Positions 1-9,815 are shown, counted from the first letter of the stretch. The stretch is 64,000 nt of DNA from an uncultured Desulfosarcina sp. (GCA_963674945.2 CAXXWQ010000004.1:2784001-2848000), one strand, 5' to 3'. The notes: generated by a model not told the origin, from the letters alone. Program-made: numbers and translations.

Positions 1-282
1 CATGCCGGTGACGGAGTGAACCGCTTTTCCGTTTTTAAAGATTTTCAGCGTGGGAATCGATTTAATGCCGAGGCGACCGGCCACGGCCTGACTGTCATCC
101 ACATTGCATTTGGCGAATATCATTTCATCGCCATAGGTTTCTGCCAGTGATTCGAATAACGGCCCCATTGCCTTGCATGGACCACACCAGGGAGCCCAGA
201 AATCCACGATGATGGGCCGCTCTTGCCCGAGAACCGTTTGCTCGAAATCATTGTCTTGAATCTCGACAACCTTTTTAGACAT
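1..282 (-). CDS. trxA: Thioredoxin (partial, runs off the left edge)
   Basis: Manual translation of the minus strand from ATG at 282 gives MSKKVVEIQDNDFEQTVLGQERPIIVDFWAPWCGPCKAMGP...GIKSIPTL, with canonical WCGPC and cis-Pro IPT motifs. The start overlaps the stop of the upstream cyclase. Confidence 0.93.
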   Translation of the reverse strand, partial: MSKKVVEIQDNDFEQTVLGQERPIIVDFWAPWCGPCKAMGPLFESLAETYGDEMIFAKCNVDDSQAVAGRLGIKSIPTLKIFKNGKAVHSVTGM

Positions 283-3200
283 TGGAACACTCCTTTTCGA
301 TTTCATGAATCAACCATGGGATTTTCATCCCTTCCGCCTTGTGCAGCGCCCGAATGAGAAGCTGCTTTGCCCGCTTCGGATTGGTTTGGCGCAGTATCCG
401 GGCACGCAACACCAACACGAGGGTTTCGTGTTTGGCGGCACCGGTCTTGACGGCGATTTCATGGGCACCGTCCAGATGGCGCAACGCCTCCCGCTTTTTT
501 CCCCGCGCAAGAAAAAGGCGTGACAAGGCAAGCCGCGTCCGAGTCTTGATTCGCCAGATCGCATAAACATCCCGCAGGTATCGGACTTCTCGCCAGATTT
601 GTTGGATCTCTTCCTCGGCCTGGTCGATATCGCCCATTTGAAGAAGGTTTTCCGCGATATTGAGCCGTGCATTGTAAATGGTTTCCGGATCGTTGCCCAC
701 GAGTGCCTCGGACAATGCTTGCCGGTTTACGGACAGGGCCGCCGCCGGATTTTTTTCCAAAGCCAAAATCCATCCCAATGTGTTTCGCATACGCGGAAGC
801 CAGAAGGTCTCTTCTGCAGGTTCCAGCCTCTCGATGCAAGGATCAAGGAAGGCTCTGGCCCGCTTGAATTCTCCCAGGGAAACGGATAGCAGGCCCTGGT
901 GGAACGTCAGAAACGACTCGAAATAGCGGCTTTTCAAGTGCCGGTTCAGTTTTTCCAATGACGAGCACCGTTCCATGGCACGTATAAATTCGCCCGTCCA
1001 GTAGTCGTGCTTGATCAACGCACCGAGCGTCCAGACCCTCGTCTCCATATCCAACGTTTCATCAAGCAGCGCCATCGCTTCGTCAAGAAGCGCTCTTCCC
1101 GTCTTGAACTTTCCCAGAACCAGGTGAAGATAGCCGAGAAAACTCGTGGCCTTCAATTTGATCTGGTGCTGCCCGATCCGTTTCGCCCGGTCCCTTGCCG
1201 CCGTCAGATTTTTCAATGCCAGTTTCGGTTTGTGCAAAAAGAAGCTGATCCATCCCACCCGAAACAGGCCCTCGGATATCATCTGGTTGTTCCGGGACTT
1301 TTGGGCCAGGGCCAACATGGTCTGAAACGAATCCAGGGCGGCGGTGAAGTGTCCGCAGCAGTATTGCATGAGTCCTTTCCATTTGAGCACCGTCATTTGC
1401 ACGACCCGATGGTTTTGGGGATGATACGTTTCCAGAATCTTTGTCACACGTTCGAAGCAGGTGAGTGCCGTCCGGCAGGCAAAAATACGACGGGCACGAT
1501 GGCCGGCCTCTATGTTATACGCCAATGCCTTAAACCAATGGTCGGCCATGAAATAGTGGTATGCCAGAAGCCCGACCACCTTTTCCTTGTCCGTTTCATG
1601 CCGTTTCTCCAGGGCATCGGCAACGCGCAAATGGATGGATTTTCTGGTCTTCGTAAGCATCATTTCATAGGCAACGTCACGCATCAGCTGCTGCCTGAAA
1701 CGAAATGCGGGTTCGTCACCTTCGTCAAGACGGTCGATCATTCCCGACGTTTCGAGCCTTTCGAGCCGCCCGGTGAGGTCGCGGCCGGAATCTGTGACCA
1801 TACGCAACAGCCCAACCGAAAATGAAGTTCCGATCACCGAAGCAACCAACAGGACCTGTTTATCGTCTTCGGCCAACCCGTCCAGTTGCGCGGCCAAAAT
1901 CCCATAGATACCGGCGGGAAGATTCAATCGGTCATAGGCCGTTTTCAACATGGCACGATTCCGGTCCATGACCACATGATGGCCGTTCGTAAGGGTCTCG
2001 GCGAGAGAAAGGATATAGAGCGGATTTCCCGCGGCACGATCGATAACGAGGCGTTTCAACAGCGGATCGATCCGCTTTGCCCCCAATTTTGCCGTGAACA
2101 ATGCGATGGCGCTTTGTTCGGAAAGTGGTCCCAGGTCGATGCGATGATCGAAACGACATCCATTGGCGCGCATCTCGGCTTCTCGCCCCGTGCAGAGAAA
2201 AAGAAGGGGAAAGGCACTTTTTTGCTCGGTCAGCGACAGGATCCATTCGGCGGAAAACGAATCGATCCACTGGCTGTTGTGGATGGCCACGATGGTTGGG
2301 TGAATAACGGCTACGTCCCCGATCAGCCGTTCCAACTTCTCGAAAAACAATTTTTTTCTCCCATCCAGCAAAGTATCCACATGCGTTTTTGTACTGCTGA
2401 TTCGTTTGAATTCAGCCTGAAGTTCCGCCACCCGGGAAACAATGGGTTCGCGTTGTGATCCGTTGGCCGGTTTTTCTTTGGACTTGGCGGGCAGGGCATC
2501 CGCAAGCCGGTCCAGGAGAAGTTCAAACACAGTGTTATTTCCGAAGGGATGGCAGTGGCAGGAGAGAAGCAAACGGTCAGGTGCGTCCAATGTGGAAAAA
2601 AAGTGGTTCAACAGTCTTCGCTTTCCAATACCCGCAAGTCCCGTCATGGAGACAAAAAGCGGGCCTTGGGCGTTTGCCTGTTTCCATGCCGATTGCAGTT
2701 GGCTCAGTGCATCTTCCCGGCCCAGAAGGTCCGTCGATGCCTGCGAAGGTCCACGGGAACTTGTTTTATCGGAAAGCAGCGAAAAAATAGGTTGTGGCTC
2801 CGATATGCCCTTGAGCCGACGGGCTCCCATGCTCTCAAATTCGAACAGGTGGCCGACGGATTCTGCCACGGAAGCGGAAACATGGATGGAACCCGGCGGT
2901 GCCGATGCCTGAAGCCGGGCCGCAAGATTCGTCGTGTCGCCGATGGCGGTATAATCCAGGCGCAGGTTGTCGCCGATGGCGCCCACAACCACCTGTCCCG
3001 CGTTGATCCCCATTCGCATCCTGAAATCGATGCCATAGGCCTTTGTGGCCTGTTGGTGATACAACGCCAGGCGGTGCTGGATCGATAGCGCCGCATAGCA
3101 CGCCCTTGCGACATAGGCCTCCAAGGCGATGGGGGCGCCGAACAGCGCCATTACACCATCGCCGGTATACTGGTTGATGGTTCCTCCCGTTCCGTGGATC

Positions 3201-3541
3201 TCCTCACCGAGAATTGTGAAACACCCCTCCATCAATTGATGAAGGCTCTCAGGGTCGATTTTTCCTGCAATCTTTGAAAAACCGGCCACATCGGCAAAGA
3301 GGACGGCGACCTGCTTGTTCTCACCGATCATGGCATGGCGCGATTGCAGAACTTCATCCAAAAGAAATTTGGGCGTGTAGGTCATGGCACTGCCGCCCGT
3401 ATCGGCTAACGGGTCGTTCGGTGTCCACTCCCTGTCTCCGGTCTTTTGCTGCTGTTGAGAAAGCGGATGCCCGCATTTTCCACAGAAATTCATCTCATAT
3501 GCATTTTCGAAATCGCAACTTGGGCATCTTTTGGTGTGCAC
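275..3541 (-). CDS. Class III adenylate/guanylate cyclase with double zinc ribbon, STAND/AAA NTPase and TPR-like C-terminus
   Basis: N-terminal CPSC...FCGKCG ribbon; cyclase motifs VLFADVAGFS, YTGDGVMALFG and GDTTNLAARL; P-loop-like GLAGIGKRR; GNPLY motif; helical repeats. Likely GTG start at 3541, just after the upstream stop at 3546 (the ORF-track start at 3655 overlaps that gene). Confidence 0.88.
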   Translation of the reverse strand: MHTKRCPSCDFENAYEMNFCGKCGHPLSQQQQKTGDREWTPNDPLADTGGSAMTYTPKFLLDEVLQSRHAMIGENKQVAVLFADVAGFSKIAGKIDPESLHQLMEGCFTILGEEIHGTGGTINQYTGDGVMALFGAPIALEAYVARACYAALSIQHRLALYHQQATKAYGIDFRMRMGINAGQVVVGAIGDNLRLDYTAIGDTTNLAARLQASAPPGSIHVSASVAESVGHLFEFESMGARRLKGISEPQPIFSLLSDKTSSRGPSQASTDLLGREDALSQLQSAWKQANAQGPLFVSMTGLAGIGKRRLLNHFFSTLDAPDRLLLSCHCHPFGNNTVFELLLDRLADALPAKSKEKPANGSQREPIVSRVAELQAEFKRISSTKTHVDTLLDGRKKLFFEKLERLIGDVAVIHPTIVAIHNSQWIDSFSAEWILSLTEQKSAFPLLFLCTGREAEMRANGCRFDHRIDLGPLSEQSAIALFTAKLGAKRIDPLLKRLVIDRAAGNPLYILSLAETLTNGHHVVMDRNRAMLKTAYDRLNLPAGIYGILAAQLDGLAEDDKQVLLVASVIGTSFSVGLLRMVTDSGRDLTGRLERLETSGMIDRLDEGDEPAFRFRQQLMRDVAYEMMLTKTRKSIHLRVADALEKRHETDKEKVVGLLAYHYFMADHWFKALAYNIEAGHRARRIFACRTALTCFERVTKILETYHPQNHRVVQMTVLKWKGLMQYCCGHFTAALDSFQTMLALAQKSRNNQMISEGLFRVGWISFFLHKPKLALKNLTAARDRAKRIGQHQIKLKATSFLGYLHLVLGKFKTGRALLDEAMALLDETLDMETRVWTLGALIKHDYWTGEFIRAMERCSSLEKLNRHLKSRYFESFLTFHQGLLSVSLGEFKRARAFLDPCIERLEPAEETFWLPRMRNTLGWILALEKNPAAALSVNRQALSEALVGNDPETIYNARLNIAENLLQMGDIDQAEEEIQQIWREVRYLRDVYAIWRIKTRTRLALSRLFLARGKKREALRHLDGAHEIAVKTGAAKHETLVLVLRARILRQTNPKRAKQLLIRALHKAEGMKIPWLIHEIEKECSNV

Positions 3542-3545
3542 GATA

Positions 3546-5630
3546 TTATGCCTTTTTTTCCAACACGCTGGGGAATAAATCCAGGTTGGTGTGTGGCAGA
3601 AAAAGCGCCGAAGTAAAAGCATCCATATAGCTCGACTTGCTGGAAAAGTCCACATACGTCATGTTGTTGCAAATTTCTCTGGCTTCTTTGCGATGAGCGT
3701 TGGAGAGCAAGGCCATATAGGCGCCAGCGATGGAACTGTTACCCATGTAGCAAAATTTTTCTCGATCGATATCGGGCAGAAGGCCGATGGTCACCGCCTT
3801 TTCGATGTCGAGATATTGTCCGAAGCCGCCGGTGATGATGATACGATCCACCATGGAAAAATCCATGCCTGCCTCGTCGAGAAGAGTGGAGAAGCCGGCA
3901 TATACCGCACCCTTGCTGTAGATAAGATTTTTCAAATCCGATTGGGTGAAAACGACATCTTCTTCCATGGGTGTCTGATCTGCAAAAGCAAGGACGTAAG
4001 AAGGATCATCAGTATCCTCTCGAACCCGTTCGTTGTTCAATCCCTGAACAAACCGACCACTTTGGTCCACGATGTCGGTTCGTAAGAGTTCTGCGATTAA
4101 ATCGATCATTCCCGATCCGCAGATTCCACGAATGGGTGCATCGTTCACCGTGGAAAATTCCGGCGTCAATCGTTGGGGGTCGATTCTCACCTTTTCGATA
4201 GCCCCTTCCTCTGCACGCATCCCCCATCGAATACCCCCACCTTCGAATGCCGGACCGGCACTGCAGGCAGCGGTCATCATCCAATCCCGGTTACCCAGAA
4301 CGATCTCACCGTTGGTGCCGATATCGATGAACAAAGTGACATGTTCCTCCCGATGGAGACCGGTATAAAGGATGCCGGAAACGATATCCCCCCCCACATA
4401 GCTGGCGGGTCCGGGCATGATGAACACTGCGGCTATGGGGTTGGCCTTCAGTCCGATATCTCCCGCCTTTACAATGGGAAATTCGGAAATGGTTGGTATA
4501 TATGGGGTTCTACGGATATGGCGAGGCTCGATGGAGAGCAGTAAGTGGACCATGGTGGTATTGCCGGAAATCACGATATTGCCGATGGCCGATGCCTTCA
4601 TGCCGACACTGTCCAATGCTTCGCCGATGAGTCCATTGATTGTGGCAAGTGCCATGCGACTGAGTTTCTTGACGCCGTCTTTTTCTGCACAGACGATCCT
4701 GTTGATGACATCGTCTCCGCAATCCGCCTGGCGATTGTGGCCGGCTGTGGCGGCCACAACGGTGCCGTCGGCCAGGTCTACCAGGTAGACCACGATGGTT
4801 GTGGTTCCCACATCGATGGCCAGTCCCAAAGAGAGTTGGGTACCGTTGCCAGGCTGGACAAAGAGAATTTCGTTGGCGCATTTGCGGCGAATGATCGTGG
4901 CGGTGACGTTCCAATCGTCTTGACGAACGGCCTGTGCCAGCTGGCGCAAGACCTTGATCCCAACGTTCATTCGCGCCACGTCGCATCCCTCTTTTTTCAG
5001 ACTGCGGTGGAGACGGTCCAGGTCACTCACCGAATCCTCTAGAGAGGGTGGAGAAAGGGTCAGCGGGACCTCCTTGAGCATGGGATCGATCTGTGTGACC
5101 AGTCCTTTTACCTTTTCTGTGACGGCCTGTCCCATCCCGGCGATTTTGAGTTTTTTCGCCAGTGCATCCTCGGGGATTCGAACCGTGACATCACCGGTGA
5201 TTTGGCTCTGGCACGCGAGCACGAACCCTTTCTCCTTTTCTTTATCTGACAACAAGGGTGTGGGACTCGTCTGCACGGTACCGGTATCCACGACCAGCTT
5301 ACACTTGCCGCATGATCCGTTGCCGTTGCAGGAAGCATTGAGGTGGACACCGGCGGCTCGGGCCGCATCCAGCAAGGTGGTGCCCGAAGCCATGGAAACG
5401 GTCTGTCCATCCGGTAAAAAGGTTACATCGTGGGATGTGACCGCCGCCTTTTTGTCCTCGGCATCCCACCTCTCCCGTCGTTTGCTCATGAACCAAATAG
5501 GGCAGGCGGAACGGTGCTTGCAATAGATGTTGGGATCTTTGCACGCAAGGCATTCATCGCACAGGTAAATCTGGTGTTTCATGCACAGATACGGGGTTTC
5601 ACGGTCCGGGTGATTGATGCACCTTCCCAT
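3546..5630 (-). CDS. ASKHA-domain [2Fe-2S] ATP-dependent reductive activator of corrinoid proteins (RACo/RamA/DUF4445 family)
   Basis: 2Fe-2S motif CNGNGSCGKC...LACQ; ASKHA motifs AIDVGTTT, GNTTM, YVGGD, IDIGTNGE, SAGPAFEG, GICGSG, GGFG and GNSS; extra Cys/His-rich N-terminal segment. Confidence 0.9.
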   Translation of the reverse strand: MGRCINHPDRETPYLCMKHQIYLCDECLACKDPNIYCKHRSACPIWFMSKRRERWDAEDKKAAVTSHDVTFLPDGQTVSMASGTTLLDAARAAGVHLNASCNGNGSCGKCKLVVDTGTVQTSPTPLLSDKEKEKGFVLACQSQITGDVTVRIPEDALAKKLKIAGMGQAVTEKVKGLVTQIDPMLKEVPLTLSPPSLEDSVSDLDRLHRSLKKEGCDVARMNVGIKVLRQLAQAVRQDDWNVTATIIRRKCANEILFVQPGNGTQLSLGLAIDVGTTTIVVYLVDLADGTVVAATAGHNRQADCGDDVINRIVCAEKDGVKKLSRMALATINGLIGEALDSVGMKASAIGNIVISGNTTMVHLLLSIEPRHIRRTPYIPTISEFPIVKAGDIGLKANPIAAVFIMPGPASYVGGDIVSGILYTGLHREEHVTLFIDIGTNGEIVLGNRDWMMTAACSAGPAFEGGGIRWGMRAEEGAIEKVRIDPQRLTPEFSTVNDAPIRGICGSGMIDLIAELLRTDIVDQSGRFVQGLNNERVREDTDDPSYVLAFADQTPMEEDVVFTQSDLKNLIYSKGAVYAGFSTLLDEAGMDFSMVDRIIITGGFGQYLDIEKAVTIGLLPDIDREKFCYMGNSSIAGAYMALLSNAHRKEAREICNNMTYVDFSSKSSYMDAFTSALFLPHTNLDLFPSVLEKKA

Positions 5631-5665
5631 TTTTGGCCTCTCCTTTCATTTGAGAACAAAGAGAC

Positions 5666-5681
5666 TTCAAAGGATATGCCA
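5666..5681 (-). promoter_or_regulatory. Possible sigma54 (-24/-12) promoter upstream of the RACo gene
   Basis: The minus strand reads TGGCATA-TCCT-TTGAA, matching TGGCACG-N4-TTGC except for GA at -12. It lies 36 nt upstream of the start codon, and a sigma54 activator is encoded nearby. Confidence 0.4.
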
Positions 5682-5776
5682 TCTTGCAACAAAGTAAAAA
5701 TAATAAGTAGATGCAGTATGTTGAAAGAAAATCGATGAAATTTCTATGAACGAATGGGAGTCGGATTCCAAGGACA

Positions 5777-5818
5777 AGGAGCGCTACCAACGTTACTTAT
5801 AACGTTGGTAGCGCTCCT
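5777..5818. terminator. Perfect 19-bp stem-loop (terminator or operator)
   Basis: AGGAGCGCTACCAACGTTA-CTTA-TAACGTTGGTAGCGCTCCT, located between the cdr-like stop and the RACo start. Confidence 0.55.
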
Positions 5819-5933
5819 GATTTTGTTGTGGCGTCGAAAAGAGGATATGGACGCTGAGAAAATGTTGTTGGCAAGACCAGAGGGAGGAAGCTGTATGATA
5901 CGATAACGCACTTCAAAAACACGTTCTCAAAAT

Positions 5934-7277
5934 TTATAGCTTCTTCATCAACTGATTTGCCGCCGTTAGCAGCGGGTCCCATACCGGGCCAAATGGGGGT
6001 GCATAAGCCAGATCGGTCTGGGAAAACGCCGAGACCGTCATCCTGGCGTGCAGGGCGACGGCCGCGGCATTGATGCGATGGGCCACGCCTTCCCGTCCCA
6101 CCATTTGGGCCCCCAGAAGTCGACCGCTGGATTTGTCCCCCACCAGATGAACCCAGATCGTCTCGGATCCGGGGTGGGCGTGGGCCCGGGATCGGCTTTG
6201 AATGGTGACCGAAGCCGTGTCGAATCCGTGGGCGTCGGCCTGGTCGATGGTAAGTCCGGTGCGGGCCACCTGGAGGTCGAAGACCTTGAAGACGGCGGTT
6301 CCTGCGACACCCTCGAGCCGGGTGGGAATTTCGCAAACATTGTCCGCGGCGGCCCACCCGGCCCGATTGGCCCGCAAGGCCAATGGAATCCAGGTTGTTT
6401 TTCCGGTGACCACGTGAAACGCATCGGCACAATCACCCGCCGCATAAACGAACGCCTCCGAGGTCTTGAGGTTTCGATCGACGGCAATGCTGTTGCCGTC
6501 ACCGGTTTCGATGCCGGCGTCGACGGCCAGCTCGCTGTTGGGGACGATGCCCATGGCAACCAGGACCATATCCGTAGAGATTGTGCCTTTGTCACAGACC
6601 GCGTGTAATCTGCCTTCATCGGATTCGATGGCTGAGGTGTGTTGCCCCAGGTGGAGCCGCACGCCGCCGGCATCCAAGGTATCGAAGACCGCCTGGGCAA
6701 GCTCCCGGGGCATCCATGGCAATAGATCCGGGCCGGGTTTGACCATGTCGACATGGATATCCCTTTTCCGGAGGGCTTCGGCCATCTCCAATCCGATATA
6801 TCCCATGCCGATGATAACGGCCCGTTTCACACCGTGGCGTCCGATGAAATCCTTGATTCGCCGGCCATCGGCCAGGCTCTTCAATACCAATACGCCGGGA
6901 AGATCGAATCCGGGTCGATCCGGGACGATGGGTCGCCCCCCGGTGGCGATCAGCAGCCGATCATAATGCGAGGCAAAGACCTCGCCATTTTCCAATCGCG
7001 TTCCGGATACCGTCCGGCTCTTCGTATCGATGGACTCCACCCGGGCACCGGTTACAAGATCGATTCCCTGTTTTTTTCGAAACACCTCGGCGGATCTTAC
7101 CACCAGATCGTCGATTTTCCGGTCGCCATCGGCGATGTTGTATGGCATGCCGCAGGCGCTGTAGGAAACGTCCTGCGTCTTCTCGAAGACCACGACCTCC
7201 ATGTCGGGCTTTGTCCGTTTGGCGCGGCTCGCCGCACTCATGCCGGCGGCATCTGCCCCGATGATGACGAATCTCAT
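5934..7277 (-). CDS. CoA-disulfide reductase / NADH oxidase-like FAD-dependent pyridine nucleotide-disulfide oxidoreductase
   Basis: IIGADAAGMSAA FAD motif, SYSACGMPY active-site Cys, IGMGYIGLE NAD motif, YAAGD and C-terminal DLAYAPPF. Confidence 0.9.
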   Translation of the reverse strand: MRFVIIGADAAGMSAASRAKRTKPDMEVVVFEKTQDVSYSACGMPYNIADGDRKIDDLVVRSAEVFRKKQGIDLVTGARVESIDTKSRTVSGTRLENGEVFASHYDRLLIATGGRPIVPDRPGFDLPGVLVLKSLADGRRIKDFIGRHGVKRAVIIGMGYIGLEMAEALRKRDIHVDMVKPGPDLLPWMPRELAQAVFDTLDAGGVRLHLGQHTSAIESDEGRLHAVCDKGTISTDMVLVAMGIVPNSELAVDAGIETGDGNSIAVDRNLKTSEAFVYAAGDCADAFHVVTGKTTWIPLALRANRAGWAAADNVCEIPTRLEGVAGTAVFKVFDLQVARTGLTIDQADAHGFDTASVTIQSRSRAHAHPGSETIWVHLVGDKSSGRLLGAQMVGREGVAHRINAAAVALHARMTVSAFSQTDLAYAPPFGPVWDPLLTAANQLMKKL

Positions 7278-7609
7278 TGTGCTTACCCCGGTAGTTGTTT
7301 TAGCGTTTTGGTCTTTTTATTGAAAACAACCTCAATTGCTAAAGGCTGATCGCTTATCTTGGGAACACAATACGCAAGAGCAAGCTGCCGGTCAAGGCAA
7401 CCGAGCCTCGACCGTGAAGAATAATTTTCATTTGACCCCATGTAACGCAAGCGGTAAAGTAACGGAAGGTAACGGTAACGATGGTTCATCTAAAGAGTCT
7501 ATTCTGTTTGGTCTTTCCAAACGAGTTTATTATAGTGTTCAAGCTATAGAAGGCCCGACTTGTCCAATATCCGGTTGATTTAAAAAATGTAACGTAAGCG
7601 GCGAGAACA

Positions 7610-9016
7610 TTGGAAGAAAAAATTCACGAAATCTGGAATGTCCGTTTCATCAACCGCATCATCGATTCCATGGCAGATGGGGTGTTTACCATGGATGAAA
7701 AGGGAAGGATCTCGTCCTGGAATCCATCCATGGAGCGTATCAGCGGCTACAGCGCAAAGGAGGCGCTTGGCAAAACCTGTCAACTGCTTCAGTGCAGCGA
7801 GTGTTTCGGAAAAAAGTGCCCTGCCAGCATCGAAAAATGCCGTATCGTCGAAAAGGAGACATCGGAAGCCAAGGCCTGCAAGGTCCGGCACAAGGATGGG
7901 CACGACGTCCCCGTGATTAAAAATGCCAGCGTCGTGAAGGATGATGATGGCACGGTCATCGGCATTGTCGAGACGGTGACCGATATGACGGAACTGAGTC
8001 GAGCCCGCAAACAGGCACAGGAAGCAGTGCTTCGGTTGGGTGAGATCCACCGTATGAACAACATCATCGGAAAGAGCCGCTCCATGCAACAGGTGTTCTC
8101 CGCCATTCGGGCCGCCGCGGCCAGCGAGGCCACCATACTGGTTCAGGGAGAGAGCGGAACGGGCAAGGAACTGGTCGCCGGGGCCATCCATTTCAACGGT
8201 GATCGCCGCAAAGGACCATTGATTACGGTCAACTGCAGCGCCTTGTCCGAAAGTCTTCTGGAGAGCGAATTGTTCGGCCATGTGACAGGGGCGTTTACCG
8301 GTGCCAACCGGGATCGCAAGGGGCGTTTTGAGGAGGCTTCCGGCGGTACCATTTTCCTTGACGAAATCGGCGAGTTGAGCCCGTTCATCCAGGTCAAGTT
8401 GTTACGGGTCCTGCAGGAGAGGGAAGTGGAGCGGGTGGGGGATTCCCGCAAACGCAAGATCGATATTCGTATCATCGCGGCCACCCACAAGGACCTGTAT
8501 GCCCGGGTAAGGGAAGGGCTTTTCAGGGAAGATCTCTACTACCGCCTGAAGGTTTTTCCCATCCATATTCCGCCGCTGCGTTCCCGGCGGGAAGACATCC
8601 CGCTGCTGGCCGACCATTTCATTAAAAAGATGAACCCCAAGACGGGAAAGGAAATCACGGGACTCTCGCCGGACGCCCTGCGTATCTTCATGGACTACAC
8701 CTGGCCGGGAAACGTCCGTGAACTGGAAAATGCCATCGAGCACGCCTTCGTTTTATGTAACGGTCGAACCATCGACGTTTCCGACCTTCCCATTGAAATT
8801 CGCCGGCCGGATCACTTCGTCTTTCCCCATGGCGGCAACCAACCAACCGTCTTTCCGGCAAGAAAACGAAGAAAACTATCAAAGGAGACTCTTTACGCCT
8901 TGTTGGAGGAGTGCGATTGGAACAAGGCAGAGGTGGGGCGTAGGGTGGGCCTCAGCCGGACGGCGATCTGGAAATACATGAAAAAGTGGAATATCCCCCT
9001 TCAACGAGAATCGTGA
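7610..9016 (+). CDS. PAS-domain sigma54-dependent transcriptional activator (Fis-family HTH)
   Basis: Cys-rich PAS N-terminus; GESGTGKE, ESELFGH, GAFTGA, FLDEIG, FREDLYYRL and WPGNVREL; C-terminal HTH. Confidence 0.93.
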   Translation: MEEKIHEIWNVRFINRIIDSMADGVFTMDEKGRISSWNPSMERISGYSAKEALGKTCQLLQCSECFGKKCPASIEKCRIVEKETSEAKACKVRHKDGHDVPVIKNASVVKDDDGTVIGIVETVTDMTELSRARKQAQEAVLRLGEIHRMNNIIGKSRSMQQVFSAIRAAAASEATILVQGESGTGKELVAGAIHFNGDRRKGPLITVNCSALSESLLESELFGHVTGAFTGANRDRKGRFEEASGGTIFLDEIGELSPFIQVKLLRVLQEREVERVGDSRKRKIDIRIIAATHKDLYARVREGLFREDLYYRLKVFPIHIPPLRSRREDIPLLADHFIKKMNPKTGKEITGLSPDALRIFMDYTWPGNVRELENAIEHAFVLCNGRTIDVSDLPIEIRRPDHFVFPHGGNQPTVFPARKRRKLSKETLYALLEECDWNKAEVGRRVGLSRTAIWKYMKKWNIPLQRES

Positions 9017-9138
9017 TACTCGATGTTGCACATACTCAGAAGATGAAAACAAGATACAGATCGTGTCACATCGTTGGGGTACCGGGTGGGCGGTGAAAAG
9101 AAAAACAGACCCGCCAGGCCGGTACCCCGTGTTGGTTG

Positions 9139-9489
9139 TTATTCGGAATCATCCTGAGCCAGCTCGGCAATTCTTTTTTCGATTGCCGACAGTGAACGCT
9201 TCATGGATTCGGCATCGGCCTGAAGCCGCTGCATTTCATCGGCTGTGCTCTCCGGATACCCCATCGGGTAAGACGACGGATAGGGAGCACCGCCATAGGC
9301 CGGATAGAATCCGCGTCCCCGGCCAGGCCCCATGCCGCGTCTGCGCCCCATGCCTCTGCCGTAACCGCCACCGTAACCCTGTCCGTAACCCGGTCGGATC
9401 CCCGGCATCGATGCACCAGTACAGAGACCTCTTCGGCCACCCGTCATGGGGCCGGCTCCCATTGGACCACTTCCATCAAATCCTGGCAT
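9139..9489 (-). CDS. DUF5320-family Gly/Arg-rich protein with C-terminal coiled coil
   Basis: MPGFDGSGPMGAGPMTGGRRGLC N-terminus, a Gly/Tyr/Arg-rich middle and a heptad tail (EMQRLQADAESMKRSLSAIEKRIAEL). Confidence 0.8.
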   Translation of the reverse strand: MPGFDGSGPMGAGPMTGGRRGLCTGASMPGIRPGYGQGYGGGYGRGMGRRRGMGPGRGRGFYPAYGGAPYPSSYPMGYPESTADEMQRLQADAESMKRSLSAIEKRIAELAQDDSE

Positions 9490-9519
9490 GATAACACCTC
9501 TCTTTAATAACTTTTGATA

Positions 9520-9729
9520 TTATGGGTTTTGTCTGCGAGAACGGCCTTGGCCGCCACCTTGTCCCTGGCCGGATTTCCGGCCGCCACCTTGCCCTTGGCC
9601 GCGACCACCGCGTCCCTGGCCTTGACCGGATCCCCGGCCGCCACCCTTTCCGCCTTGGCCGCAGGGACCTCGGCCCTTTCCGGTACCTGGGCCTTGTCCT
9701 GTGGGCCCGGTTTTATCTCCTCGTGGCAT
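9520..9729 (-). CDS. DUF5320-like small Gly/Gln/Arg-rich protein
   Basis: MPRGDKTGPTGQGPGTGKGRGPC start resembles the adjacent paralog; GGAGGTGAGG RBS upstream; GQGQGG repeats. Confidence 0.7.
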   Translation of the reverse strand: MPRGDKTGPTGQGPGTGKGRGPCGQGGKGGGRGSGQGQGRGGRGQGQGGGRKSGQGQGGGQGRSRRQNP

Positions 9730-9815
9730 ATGCACCTCACCTCCCTTCTATGCGCCTGTTTGAAAACACTGGATCAGGCTCCAAGCGGTCATTGAAATCT
9801 TGAATTGACTTGGTT

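Noticed and set aside
9540..9700. GC-rich short tandem repeats (CCTTGGCC/GCCACC)
   Set aside because: They encode the GQG/GGR low-complexity tract of the DUF5320-like protein. The overlapping 9504-9740 and 9514-9795 ORFs are shadows.
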